From NCBI GenBank assembly GCA_043228905.1, contig JBHGNT010000001.1, positions 11,160,001 through 11,224,000 of the forward strand: DNA of 64,000 bases, written 5' to 3'. Source of the stretch: Azolla caroliniana (taxonomy: Eukaryota > Plantae > Polypodiophyta). Positions 50,198 through 62,000 of the stretch are shown in pieces; the first letter of the stretch is position 1, and each line of letters opens with the position of its first letter. The notes below the pieces were generated by a model that saw only the letters and a program-made list of their open reading frames with translations, ran no database searches and was not told where the DNA came from. The position numbers and the translations under genes are program-made.

Positions 50198-50899
50198 TTA
50201 TTGTAAATCTATCAGCATAAAAAAGAAAAAAATGGCTTGGGTCTCCAATGGCCTGCCTTAGCTCAATTTTGTAACACTTATATTGAAAGTAGTGCAGACA
50301 AGGTTTTTGACAAGCAAAAATGCTTTTGGTGGTCATTCTTAATGTTCATTTTACATATTAATAGTTACTTGGGATAACATAAGCATCTTGTATCTGATGT
50401 GGTATAGCTTCATTATTGTTTCACATTGATAATGTTATTATAATGAGAAATCCAGATTTATTTATTCTCTTGCAACATGTACTGAAAATACCAATTTAAA
50501 TAGGATAACTTCTCTGACCATATGTGGTATCCTGCCTCAGATTAGAGCTCTTAAAGTTTTTGCACCATTTGAACTCAAATTTATATAACATCTTTTCAGC
50601 ATCCTATTGGAAGAATATCACCTCAATATTGCTGGGTGCATGCCGTGTATGTATGAGTTTGGTTGTATGTTAAGGCATGTGGTATTGAGCTGAAAAAGTC
50701 ATGCTCCAGTGAGTGAATTAAAAACTATTTAAGGGAGAACTGACATTGGTCTAGTAATATGCGTTTTATTATATTGATATCAATGATCCAATCCAACATA
50801 TGACACTGATCATGGGATGTAAAAGCTAAGAAGTCTTAGCATGATCACTATCTAGTTCTACTTAGGATATTAGCGAGATTTCTTCAATTATGTAGGGTG

Positions 50900-52550
50900 T
50901 TCTAGATCAATCTTGAATGTGCTAACTCTTCATCATGTGGTTTTTTAGTGGTTTTCCAACATAATTTGCCTATTCCAATGAGAAAAAAAGGTTCACCTTT
51001 GTAAGAGGTATGAATTGTGGCATTAACTTCCCCTTAGAAAACATGTCACAATAATGTGCCCAATAAGAGCATTGATATTAGTTAACTTGCCTCTTTGCCA
51101 ATAGCCTTTTTATTTTCATGCACTATGAATGGAAGGTGAGATATAACGAAAAGATAATCTAGATTGCATGATGCCCACTAATAAATAACTTCCATGGATA
51201 TATTGTACTCGGCTAAGCCATACATAGCATGCTTGATACCATCACAAAGACCCCATTAATACCTAGTATCTTTACACTGTGGCCATGTGCAATACATATA
51301 GGTATCAATCTGACAATTTCCTACACAGTTCACCCCTTCACATATTTTTTTCAAAGCTAAACTTTTTTTGATGGAGACGGCTATATTATCATACTTTTGC
51401 GTGTGGGTGCTTCTTGTTACAATATTATTTGAAGATTGCTCTTGGGAAATGCTAGTAGGGTTTTTCGAAATCTTGTGGTAGTGCTTGTTTTTTAATGTGT
51501 GACAATGTTCACTAGACATTTCATCCACATTTATAAGGTTAATGATGTTTGAAAGGTGTGAAGTTAGTTGGAGACATAGACAAATTGGTTCTCAAATGTA
51601 AAACAACCTATTATTATCGTTGTGGATAATTCAGGAGTGAAGTGACAATGCCGTCAGGTAGTTTCCAAATCTTGGTGGTTCTATCTAAGCAGACACGACA
51701 AATCACTACGGATTGCATATTTCCCGCGGCTTTTTCATTTTTAAATAAGTATTCCATCCTCCATCCCTATGTATTTCACCACTTTAAATTAAGCACATAC
51801 ACAAAACTTCCTCTTGCTCCCAATCAAGAAAACCTACCCAAATTCTTCATCACAATGTCACAAATCACGAGATCTTCAACCTTTGCAAAATGTAGTATTA
51901 ATTAACTTAGGAAGTACATACTTTGTTATCCTACACATTCTTTTCGCACAAACAACGAGATTATGGTCCACTTGGATTTGAGCAATTAGCATTCTAGGAC
52001 CTTGAGGTGCAAGCTCATCCATCCCTATAAGGCTAAGGATGAGGTAAGATGGATAGGGCACATCATAGGATTCATGACAAATGGCTTTTAACTCACGTTC
52101 CGAGTACCAAGAATGTTTCAAAAGAAGGGGCATACAACACGAATGTGTTGTTTTAATGGGGTAGGGATCGTAGGGACAGGGGGTGTACTCTGGTTATCTC
52201 TATTATTGGATTATATATTCTTGATTAGAATCGATAATAAAGTCATTACCATTCAATTATCGACAGGCATTCCTGTACAATCCATTATGTAATCAAAACT
52301 AGCGATTCGATTTGGGTGACACAAAACCAATCGCGTGGCAATTCTTCAGAATTAGCAGAATTAGCATTGCGATTACAAAGATTAGGTATAGTTCAGAATT
52401 AGCAACCTTAGCCAAACAACAGCAATATTTACTGGAAAAGAATGCATGTCAAGACGGTGTGGAGGTTCATGTATTGACATGACCCTGTCCACATGATTTA
52501 ATGTATTCGTAAAAAGTTGGAAAGCAAACTCAAAACTTAATCAATTGAAA
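50900..52550 (-). pseudogene. Possible very old hAT transposase remnant
   Basis: Scattered frameshifted similarity to hAT motifs (TRFA-like at about 52300, dimerization-region H.K.RN.L..KR-like at about 51100). Confidence 0.3.
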
Positions 52551-53221
52551 TGCTAGTTGTAGAGACTCAAGAGAATTGCATAAATAAATAAAAAACAGCA
52601 CAAAAACTTTTGATTAATTGACTGTTCATTTCCATTTGCAAAGCAATTCACATAATTAAAACCCAGTCTACTGGTGGAAGACTGAAGACCACAGAAGAAG
52701 AAGAAGAAGAAAGAAGACAGGAAAAGGTCACTCCAAACACCGAAGAGCAGAGATAGAGGGAGGAGATCTGCATTGTCTTGATTTTTTTAACACCAACACA
52801 CCTAAAACTCTAAAATAGAAATTTCAAGACCATACACTCAGAGCCGAAATCTAGAGCAGAGGAATGAAAACAAAATAATTAATCCTAGAAGTTAGACAAC
52901 TATATATACTAACCCTTCATCTAATTAAGTACCCCCAACCAGTCTAAAAAGAAACAAAACAGAAAACTGGGTCCAATCCAGTCCAACCCCTTCAAGTTGA
53001 ACCCAAATTGGATAGAATCAAAATGCTATTCAATTGAACATCGAATGCAATTAGATCAAACGCATGTCTGATTGGATTCAATGCTATGGAATCAATTCCA
53101 TTTCAACTGCATGAAAAGAAACTACGCCAATTCGAATCAGATTTGACTGATGCGACACCCAGATTGTAATTGGATCAGCTGAATAGAAAAACGACAATAC
53201 TAATAATCAGACACACTAGAG

Positions 53222-55438
53222 CTAAAGCTGCATTCCCGAGATCTTGACTTTAACTGTTTTGGCATCGCGTCCCTTCTTATTCTTTCTTTTGTTCTTCGTG
53301 TTAGTTACATTACTACTAGCATTTGTCGCCATGCATGGCTTTTGTTCCACGCTCAAAAACACAGACAAGTCCTTCTGCAGAGAAACCATCATATCCAAGA
53401 CTTGAGAAGCTTTCTTCAGAGCTCCCTCTTTGGCAACCAAGGCAGCTTCCATCGCAGTCTCCTTCTCAGCCATGGCTGCAACCTTGCTCTCTAAAACGTT
53501 TATTTTTTGCAGTTGCTTTTCTACTACAGCTTTACTCTCTTTCTTCAACTTCTTCTCTTCCTCTTCAACTATAAGAAGCTCTCCTCTTAGAGTGCATATC
53601 TGTGATTCTGCTTGCTTCACCATAGCGTCCTTCTCTGCAACTTCCATGATAGCTTTTTCCACTTTGGCCGCAGCCATGCTTTTACTGGTCTTAAGATCAT
53701 CCATCAGAACTAGAAGCTTTTCATTGAGATCATCCTCTACACGAGTAAATTCTTCCTTTGCAGCTCTAAACTCCCTTTTTGTCACTTCGGCTAAGGATCG
53801 AAGAGAATCAGTACAAGAAGTCAGCATTTTTATCTCCGATTCCATCTCTCTCATTCGATTTTGGCATTCCTTCTTCTGAGTTTCCAGCTCTGTAGAAATC
53901 TCTTGAAGATTTTTTAACTCTTCTTGAAGATGGTGAGACTCTGCTTTGGCTATCGAAAGCTCCATGTGAAGAGAAACAGATCTAGATCTCAGCTGTTCAT
54001 TGATCGCCTGTGCAGAAGAAAGATCTACATTAAGACTCGAAACCTCCTCCATCACCATTTCTTTCTGACATTCGCACTCGGAAGAAACCATCTCCGCATG
54101 TAGAAGCGCGTTCTGCAAATTCCTCATCTTTTCCGTGACTCCATGAATTTCCATTTTCAGACACTCCTCTCTATCACGAAGGTTCTTGTTTTGCCTACGG
54201 AGTTCCAAAGCTTCGTCCTTAGCTCGTTTGGAGGAACTCCTCTCTGCATTCAGAAGATCCATAGTCTTCTCGTGATCAACGCGTAGAATTTTCAGAGCTG
54301 AATCGACAATAACCTTCTCTGACAGTATTTCCTCTTTCTCCGACCTAAACTGGACCTCCATGGCCGATTCTCTTTCTTCAAACTCAACCTTCATCTTTTC
54401 TGTTTCAGCAGCCATGTCTGAAACCTGAGATAGAAGAGCCTCTGAATATTTCTCTAAAGTTATTTGGTCGAATCGGAGCTTAGAGATGTCTTTAATTAGC
54501 TTCTCTTTCTCAGCTGTAATGGCATTTTTCTGACTGTCGGACTCGGAAAGCTTTGCCCGAAGAGTACGCGCTTCTCTCTCGAATGTGTTTTTGTCTTCCT
54601 CAAACCTCGCGTTGAGCTTCAGACGCTGTTCTTTCTCGTCTTCCGCTGCCTTTCTTTGCTGATCAGCTTTTGCAATGGCCTTGGACATTTCGTCTCTGAG
54701 AGCCTTTTCACCCAAGCGAAAGCTCTCGACGAGGTCTTCAAGGCGCAACTTCTCTTGCAACAAGCTATCCATCTCCGCAATCAAGGTTTTTTTCTCTGTA
54801 GAGATTACCTCTGTTTCTTGTCTGAGACGAGAAGCTTCTTCGGCGAGCATGCTGTTGGTATTCTGAAGGTTCTCAACCATAGCTTGGAGACGATCCTCAG
54901 AAGCAAGGAAAGACGCCGATTTCTCTTTCAGCTCCGATCGAGTAGTCTCTACCTCTTCTTCGAGCTCCTTGTTCTCGACTCGGAGAGATTCAGTCGTGTA
55001 GGTCGATGCTTGGAGTTGAATATTGAGAGCTTGGATGGACGATTCCATCGCGGTTTGAGAAGAACGCAGGGAAGATACTTCTTTGACAAGCGTAGTGTTG
55101 AGCTCTTGGAGTTTGGAGATCTTCTCATTGTTGGAGAGAGCTCCATGGCGATGAAGATTACCAGCAGTGGAAATAGTATTAGGGTTCACATTCGAGCAGA
55201 TGTTCCGTTGAGAGGTATCAGAGTGGCAACGGAAAAGACGAGGGGAGAGAGGTTGGACAGGCGGAGCAGACGACGAGGATGAGGAAGAAGAATGAGATAT
55301 TAGCGAAGGATTCTGGCAATTGATCACAGAAGCATTCTCTTTCTCCATCGCTGGTTTGTTGCTAACGCTGTTTTCCGTTGCAGAAGGAGTGGCAGCAGCG
55401 GAAGAAGACCGAGGGTTTTTGCTTCTACGGAAATGCAT
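53222..55438 (-). CDS. Intronless long coiled-coil protein (738 aa), function unknown
   Basis: Intact ORF with S/P-rich N-terminus, about 600 aa of E/K/L heptads and a basic C-terminus KNKRKNKKGR. Microsatellite-rich leader upstream. Confidence 0.8.
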   Translation of the reverse strand: MHFRRSKNPRSSSAAATPSATENSVSNKPAMEKENASVINCQNPSLISHSSSSSSSSAPPVQPLSPRLFRCHSDTSQRNICSNVNPNTISTAGNLHRHGALSNNEKISKLQELNTTLVKEVSSLRSSQTAMESSIQALNIQLQASTYTTESLRVENKELEEEVETTRSELKEKSASFLASEDRLQAMVENLQNTNSMLAEEASRLRQETEVISTEKKTLIAEMDSLLQEKLRLEDLVESFRLGEKALRDEMSKAIAKADQQRKAAEDEKEQRLKLNARFEEDKNTFEREARTLRAKLSESDSQKNAITAEKEKLIKDISKLRFDQITLEKYSEALLSQVSDMAAETEKMKVEFEERESAMEVQFRSEKEEILSEKVIVDSALKILRVDHEKTMDLLNAERSSSKRAKDEALELRRQNKNLRDREECLKMEIHGVTEKMRNLQNALLHAEMVSSECECQKEMVMEEVSSLNVDLSSAQAINEQLRSRSVSLHMELSIAKAESHHLQEELKNLQEISTELETQKKECQNRMREMESEIKMLTSCTDSLRSLAEVTKREFRAAKEEFTRVEDDLNEKLLVLMDDLKTSKSMAAAKVEKAIMEVAEKDAMVKQAESQICTLRGELLIVEEEEKKLKKESKAVVEKQLQKINVLESKVAAMAEKETAMEAALVAKEGALKKASQVLDMMVSLQKDLSVFLSVEQKPCMATNASSNVTNTKNKRKNKKGRDAKTVKVKISGMQL

Positions 55439-55816
55439 GGTGATGCTCGAAGGTTAGGTGCAGAATACGGAGAAGATCTTCGGATGAATACGAATCAAGT
55501 ATGATGGCGATGGCGATGGCGATGGTGATGGTGATGGAGTCGGGGATGGAGCAGTAGAAGCAGCAGCAGTTGTAGATGATGGATATGGTGGCTATGGGGA
55601 ATCCAATGTAGGAATCAGATGAATATGCGATCGATTATATGGATGGAGTGTGTTGTTATTATCAGTCTGCAGAAGAAGAAGAAGAAGAAGAAGAAGAAGA
55701 AGAAGAGCAGCAGAGAAGATGAAGGGGATGGGATAGAAGGAGGAAGATGATGAGGCAGCGATGGCGGAGCTCGATCTCTATACATACATATTCTATCTCA
55801 CGTGACCATGCCTCAC

Positions 55817-55851
<35 letters not shown>

Positions 55852-56988
55852 CATACGGAATAATGTGTATTTGTATTATGTATGCATGGCTATGCATACA
55901 TACGTATACGTATACGTTTACATGCATCGCCTTTGCCTCCTCCTACAGCCATTCTCGTGTGGGCGGGAAAAAGGCATTCAGAAAATAAATAAATAAAATA
56001 AAATAAAAAGAAACTAATTGACTAATATGTACATAAATATGTCGAAAACTTCCGGAATAATAATATGTTATAAAATAAATAAATAAAATGTTTTTGATTG
56101 ACTCAAGATGAATAAAATAAAATCAAAACAAATGATAAGATTATTAACTGGTGTTTTCAAAAATAATAATTGATGTCTCTCTCTCACAGAGGTTTTTCTT
56201 TTGTTTTCTTCTGCTCGGGAAGTTTTCCTTTCTTTATTTATTTAACTTTTTCTTTAAAAACGGCTCAAATCCTAAATTAAAATCCCCTCCTCCTCCTCCT
56301 CATGCTTTTTCTTTTCTCTGTAATGTTTTTTTGTTTTTTGTTTTTTTTGAAACGAATGTGAGAACGCGTTTTTTTGGCACATTTTTATTTCTGTTTTTAA
56401 AAATGCTGTTTTCATTTTAATGTGTGTATAAAAAAGCCTTTCCTCTATATGTACATACTGTATAAATTATTTGTTCTCAATGGTTTTTTTTTGTTGTGTT
56501 TAGGCGTAAGAGGAGGGAATAATAGAGAGCAATAAATAAGATATATAGGGAACCGAATCATGCTCATAAATTACGTCCGCCCATTTAAAAATAAATGTAA
56601 ATATATAATCAAAACTAAAACAAACGAATCTAAGTAAAGTACGCAACGCGCACGCCCGCCCGCCCATTTACATTTTATTTGTATTTATGTATTTGTTCCT
56701 GTTTAAACCACCCAACCGTTTTGCCTGATTATTTGTTGAATGAATTTATGAATGGACCCACTCTCCATACATACACACACACACACACACACACACATTC
56801 ATTCATTCATACATTCATACATACATTTTGCATCTGCTTGGCTTGCTCATCTTGTTGTTTGAGCACATTCCTTTGGGTTCAAATGCCAAACCCTAGTTTG
56901 TAGATGAGGAACTCAACTTAACAATGTCGATGAAAAACCAAGGACACGTTGAGATAAGCAAGCTCTCTCGTGCTCCTTCCTTCCTTAA

Positions 56989-57295
56989 CAATGGGCTATT
57001 TGAAGATTATGTTGGGAAACACTTGGGCAAATTATGGTTGAAAAAACCAAGGACACGTTTAGATAAGCAAACTCTCTCGTGCTCTTTCCTCAACAATTTT
57101 TATGAGTTATTCCACATTTCAAGCATCGAATTGCCCCTCTCCCCGCCCTTCCCAAAATCTGCCAACGGGAATATAACCTAGAAATACGGTGGTTGCGTAA
57201 TTATTCGGTATTGTTGAATTGATAGACATTGTTATGTAGGAAACTTTTTTATTGTTATAGTAGCAGCCCCAACCTAATCTTCGGATAGCCCATTG
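56989..57295. mobile_element. PIF/Harbinger (Tourist-like) MITE
   Basis: TIRs of about 28 bp (caatgggctatttgaagattatgttggg / cccaacctaatcttcggatagcccattg), flanked by TAA on both sides. Confidence 0.75.
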
Positions 57296-57849
57296 TAAAC
57301 TCCTTTCCTATTAGCGATCATGTTGAAAGTGACAAAGTTTGCAATTTACTAGATTATGATACGTATTTGCACTAGATGTTGCAATGGTCATGGCTTGTGA
57401 TAAAATTCAACTTGAAATTCGATACTCAAGAAAAACAAAACTAGACTCCACAAATGTACGAAGTTGAGTGACATTAACGATTTTTTATTTGTCTCTTTAA
57501 TATGTTTAAGCAATTTGAGGCTTGCATATCATGCATGTCTCATGCCCCATGGGTTGCATGTTTCGCAAATATTTCTAATAAAGTCTTTTAGTATCTTATC
57601 ATCACATCAATTTATTAGTTGCTTTATACATCATGATACATGCTTCCATTAACACCCGTCAATACAAGAAATTCATTGTTCTCAATATGTATGTACATAA
57701 TAATGAAGATTGTTCATCGACAAATATTATCCTAGTCAACTTAAATAATTTAACATTTTGCCAAATCTTTTTGAAATGCATTACTATAATTTAACATTTT
57801 TTTGAAGATGTATGAGAAACAATCTGAGCCACAATCGGGTTTGGAACAC

Positions 57850-58176
57850 ATAGTTGCATCATGCCAAGACCTTCACATGCAACATATATGTGTACACAAA
57901 ACAATGGCCCCCTTATAATGGGATGCCTTCCAATGCTCATCCAATGCAAAAGCATTCTCTCATCCTCTAGCACTTTTCTTATCAAAAGATTGGACTCCTC
58001 TTCAAAAGAGAAACTACAAAAACCATCCTCTTCAAAAGAGAAACTACAAAAAACCATGTGAAGCAGAGACAAATAAAGCCACATTTATTGATGACTTCTC
58101 AAGGAAGTTGTGGTGCTTCACATTGAAGACTAAAGATCAAGTATTTGATATCTTAAAAACCTTCAATGTAAGTGTG
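57850..58176 (+). pseudogene. Tork-like Copia integrase fragment
   Basis: TFIDDFSRKLWCFTLKTKDQVFDILKTF at about 58080-58165. Confidence 0.6.
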
Positions 58177-59049
58177 GTGAAAAGAGTAGCGTGCGGAAGC
58201 TACACAGACACTACCGGCTTAGCCGGATAGCAACAGAGAACGGTGAACACAGAGAACATTGGTGAGAGAGAACTCAAGAGGGACAGAGAGAGCAGAACAC
58301 CTAAAATCAATTTCAAAATAATACTCTGTACATACAATGTGCTCAGAGAGCACTTTTATACAAGTCCTTAAAAGGACTAGCAGAAGTACTGACATGTACT
58401 TCAATACTCATAACTGAGCGATTGACATTAACTCCTAAAAATATGCCTATCTACAAGGCTAGGATCGTAGGCCTCTAACGGCCTATCGGCTCACGTGGAT
58501 TTGGCTCTCTGATCTGGCTCACCGATCTGGCCCTCCGATCCGATCTGGGCCTAGCCAATCGGTCTTCATTTGATCCAACTCTCGGCTTGTTCAACCGATT
58601 CGGCCCACGTTGAGCTTGCCCGCTCAACAGTCCCCATCAAGCTCAACTTGAGGTCTGTCTTCTATGTCAACATCCATCGGTTCTTGTCTCTAGCTCCTCT
58701 TGACGTCTTCACGCCTTGCTCACACTCCTTGACCCGTCCGGTTCTGCACACCTTGACCTCCTCAGTCGGTTTCTCTGTGCATCAGGCCCATCTAAGCTCC
58801 CTCGTTGTCATGGCATCGACGCTTCTCGACCTATCAGACGTCAACTTCAGTTGACTTCTCATCCTCTCATCGTTTATGTGATTCGGCTCATCCGAATTGA
58901 GATGCTCGACCGAATTGGTTGTCTCTGATTCGTTATCCGTATGCAGGCCCTTGACCATGTCTTGGTCCTAGCCTTTTTCTTTTGGTCGGCTTTGCCGCTT
59001 GTTCTGACTCTATCAGTATCGACTTCTCCGGTCGATTTGGCATATTGTT
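58177..59049 (-). mobile_element. Copia 3' LTR (about 58177-58628) with PPT and 3' internal region
   Basis: LTR is homologous to 17117-17560. On the - strand, gttgagcttgatggggac precedes TGTTGAGCGGGCAAGCTCAAC. Confidence 0.75.
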
Positions 59050-62000
59050 TGTTGAGATACAAGCTCAACATTGGCCGGATCGGTTGTGCAAGCCGAGAAT
59101 CGAATCTGTTGGGACCGATCGGTTAGGTCAGACTGGTGCGTAAACCGGTATGCAAACCGGTGCGTAAACTGCGAGGCCGTCGGAAAGATATTCCGTGTAG
59201 GAATATATTTTGGGAGTTAGTGTAGAACTCAGTTATGAGCATTGAATTACGTGTCAGTACTTGTGTCAGTCCGCATGGACTTGTATAAAAGTGCTCATTG
59301 AGCACATCCTATGTACAGATTGAGTATTATTATTTTGAATAGAGTTGTGTGTATTGACTCTCTCTCCCTCTCTCTCTCTGTCTCTCCCGCGTACTGTGTG
59401 AGTCCAATCTTTCCATTAAACTTGTGTTTCTTTCCTATGTTCGGTTTTTTGTTGCTTCCGCACGTTGTTCTTTTTACATGGTATCAGAGGGCAAGGGTTG
59501 AGAACCTCTACAGCCGACCTTAGCTTGAGAAGAAAACCTAACCTTCGAAAATGTTGGGATTACGGTCCCTTCGGATGGGATGGTCGGATGTCGGAGATGA
59601 ATGATGACAAGCCCGGTTGCGATTTCGGAACCGGATGATGAAGACCCCGACTTCGGAGCCGGACGACGAATGTACCCGGAGAGAGATCCGGATGCGGGGA
59701 CATATCTGTGAATATGTTTGCCAAGGGCCCTTGAGGCTATAGTTGTAAATAGCCCTAAAGTCATATGTGTATAAATATGACTTAGGGCAAACAGTTTTGA
59801 TGTTGCTACTCATTTTTCTGTTTTTCCACTCAAGAGGAGTGAAGAGAGAGCAACCGTGAGAGAGATAGAGCGTGAGAGACGAAGAGGTCGACGCCTCTGT
59901 GTAATTCCGCCGCCTGTGGCGAGGACAACGAGCTCAAGGTCGTCGCCTTGCAGCTCGCCATTGTATATTTCTCTGTGCATAGTTTTGGTTCGGAGTCTTG
60001 TACTCCCGTGGTTTTTTTTTCCCGTACAGGGTTTTCCACGTTAAATCGTGTGTCCACTTATTTACTTTTGCATTTCCCATTTTCTGCAACAACGATTCGT
60101 GTGTTTTCTTGGTTGTGGCCGAGAGGTGAAGTTTGGAAAGTGTCGATTATTTCCATCAGAAAAGAATAGGAAAAACAAAATGGATAGAGGCATGGCTAGC
60201 TTGCTTCCGACTGAGAAGCTCGACAGAAAAAACTACGCGTCTTGGTAGTACAAGATGCACTAGTACTTGCTCGGGCATGGATATTGGAGCTATGTCGACG
60301 GAGCAAATGACACAACACCTGATTCAACATACAGAGACTTCCGGGCTTGAGAACAGTCGGCGAGCAGAGTTCTCTACTGCTTCGCGTCTTCTGTGGGCAA
60401 ACAGCTTCTGAACTATATTCGGGATGCGAAAACGCCGAAGGATGCTTGGGGAAATCTGAAAAAGATTTTCGCCGCAAGCACCACAACTAGAAAGCTCCAA
60501 CTCCGAGATGAGTTGAGCAACTTGCGACAACACGACTTGGCGGTGGCTGATTACACCTCGAAGATGAAAGATATATGCGACTCCTTAGCCTCCATCGATG
60601 TGAACGTCAAGGAAGGAGAAATGGTGCAGATCTATCTCGGGGGACTGGCGTTGAAGTTCGGAGTGTTCCAAACTGTTGTGTGCACACGGGAGAATACACC
60701 GTCGTTTTTTGACCTATAGTCAATGCTCCTTATAGAGGAGAACCATGCGGGTGCATCGACGAGTACGCACACCGATAGCAAGATGCTGTATCGCGAATTC
60801 AGTTGTAGGTATACGCTGGAGCAAAACGGTGTAGCTGAAAGGAAAAATTGGTCAGTTGTGGAAGCGACGCAGGCAATGTTGGAAGAAAAGAGCTTGCCCA
60901 AGTTCTATTGGGCCGAAGTAGTACGAACCGTGGTCTACATCCAGAATCAGATCAGAGACAAGGTGTCGGTGCATGAGCTGTATTTCGGAAGGAAATCGAA
61001 TCTACGACACTTGAGAGTTTTTGGTAGCATTGCGTATGTGCATGTGTCGAAGGAGAAACAGAGGAAGTTGAACGCGAAAGCTGAGAAGTGTATCTTGGTC
61101 GGCTATTCAGACGAACAAAAGGGTTATAAGTGTTATAACCCCTAAACCAAACAAGCTCGCGTGAGCCGCGATGTTGTGTTTGATGAGTCCACGTCCTGGT
61201 ACTTGCCTCCGACTCTGAACCTCAACTCCAACTCTAGACCTCTGGACCCGAGTTCTGACGATGAGGTCAGCGAGGCTGAAATGACTCCGGATGACCGCGA
61301 AATCAAGACCCTCGATGAGAGTCTGATTACATTTCGGCTAAGTGGACCGAACGAGCGATTGGGTTGGTTTGACCAATTCGAAGAAGAGCCGGCAAGTAGT
61401 GGAGACTTGACCGTGCATTCCCCGCGCAGGAAGCTGAGGAGACAGTTTACGCGCAAGGAAAAAGGGAAGAAGAAGATGCTGGAGTACGACACGGATAAGG
61501 GCGAGTCAGATTGACGCAAATTCGACTCCGAGAAGAGCGATGACGGGCCTTCGAGAGCGAAGTCCGTGTCGGCCAAGAAAGCCTCAACGGCGGCTAATGA
61601 GCAATTATGCCGATCTACCCGCCAGAAGAACCCTGTTGTGCGGTTCGAATACAACGAGTACATGGCGCATCACTATGCGTACATGATGTGTGTAGCGGAA
61701 GTGCGTGAGCCGGAGAGCTACACAGAAGCAGCGAAGGACGCAAATTGGCGTGCTGAAATGGAGGAAGAGATGCGCACATTGGCGGAGAATGAAACCTGGA
61801 ACCTAGTTGATGCACCGAAGGGTGTGAAGCCGATCGGATGTAGGTGGGTGTACAAGGTCAAGTACAACACCAACGGCTCGGTTAGTAGCAAAAGGCCACG
61901 CACAACAACATAGCATCGACTACGATGAGACGTTTGCAGTAGCTGCGGTGAAGGGGTGGCATTTACATCAGATGGATGTTAAGAATACGTTCCTGCAAGG

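Noticed and set aside
53323-55282. Plus-strand ORFs overlapping the coiled-coil gene
   Set aside because: They are antisense shadows of an E/K-rich coding sequence.
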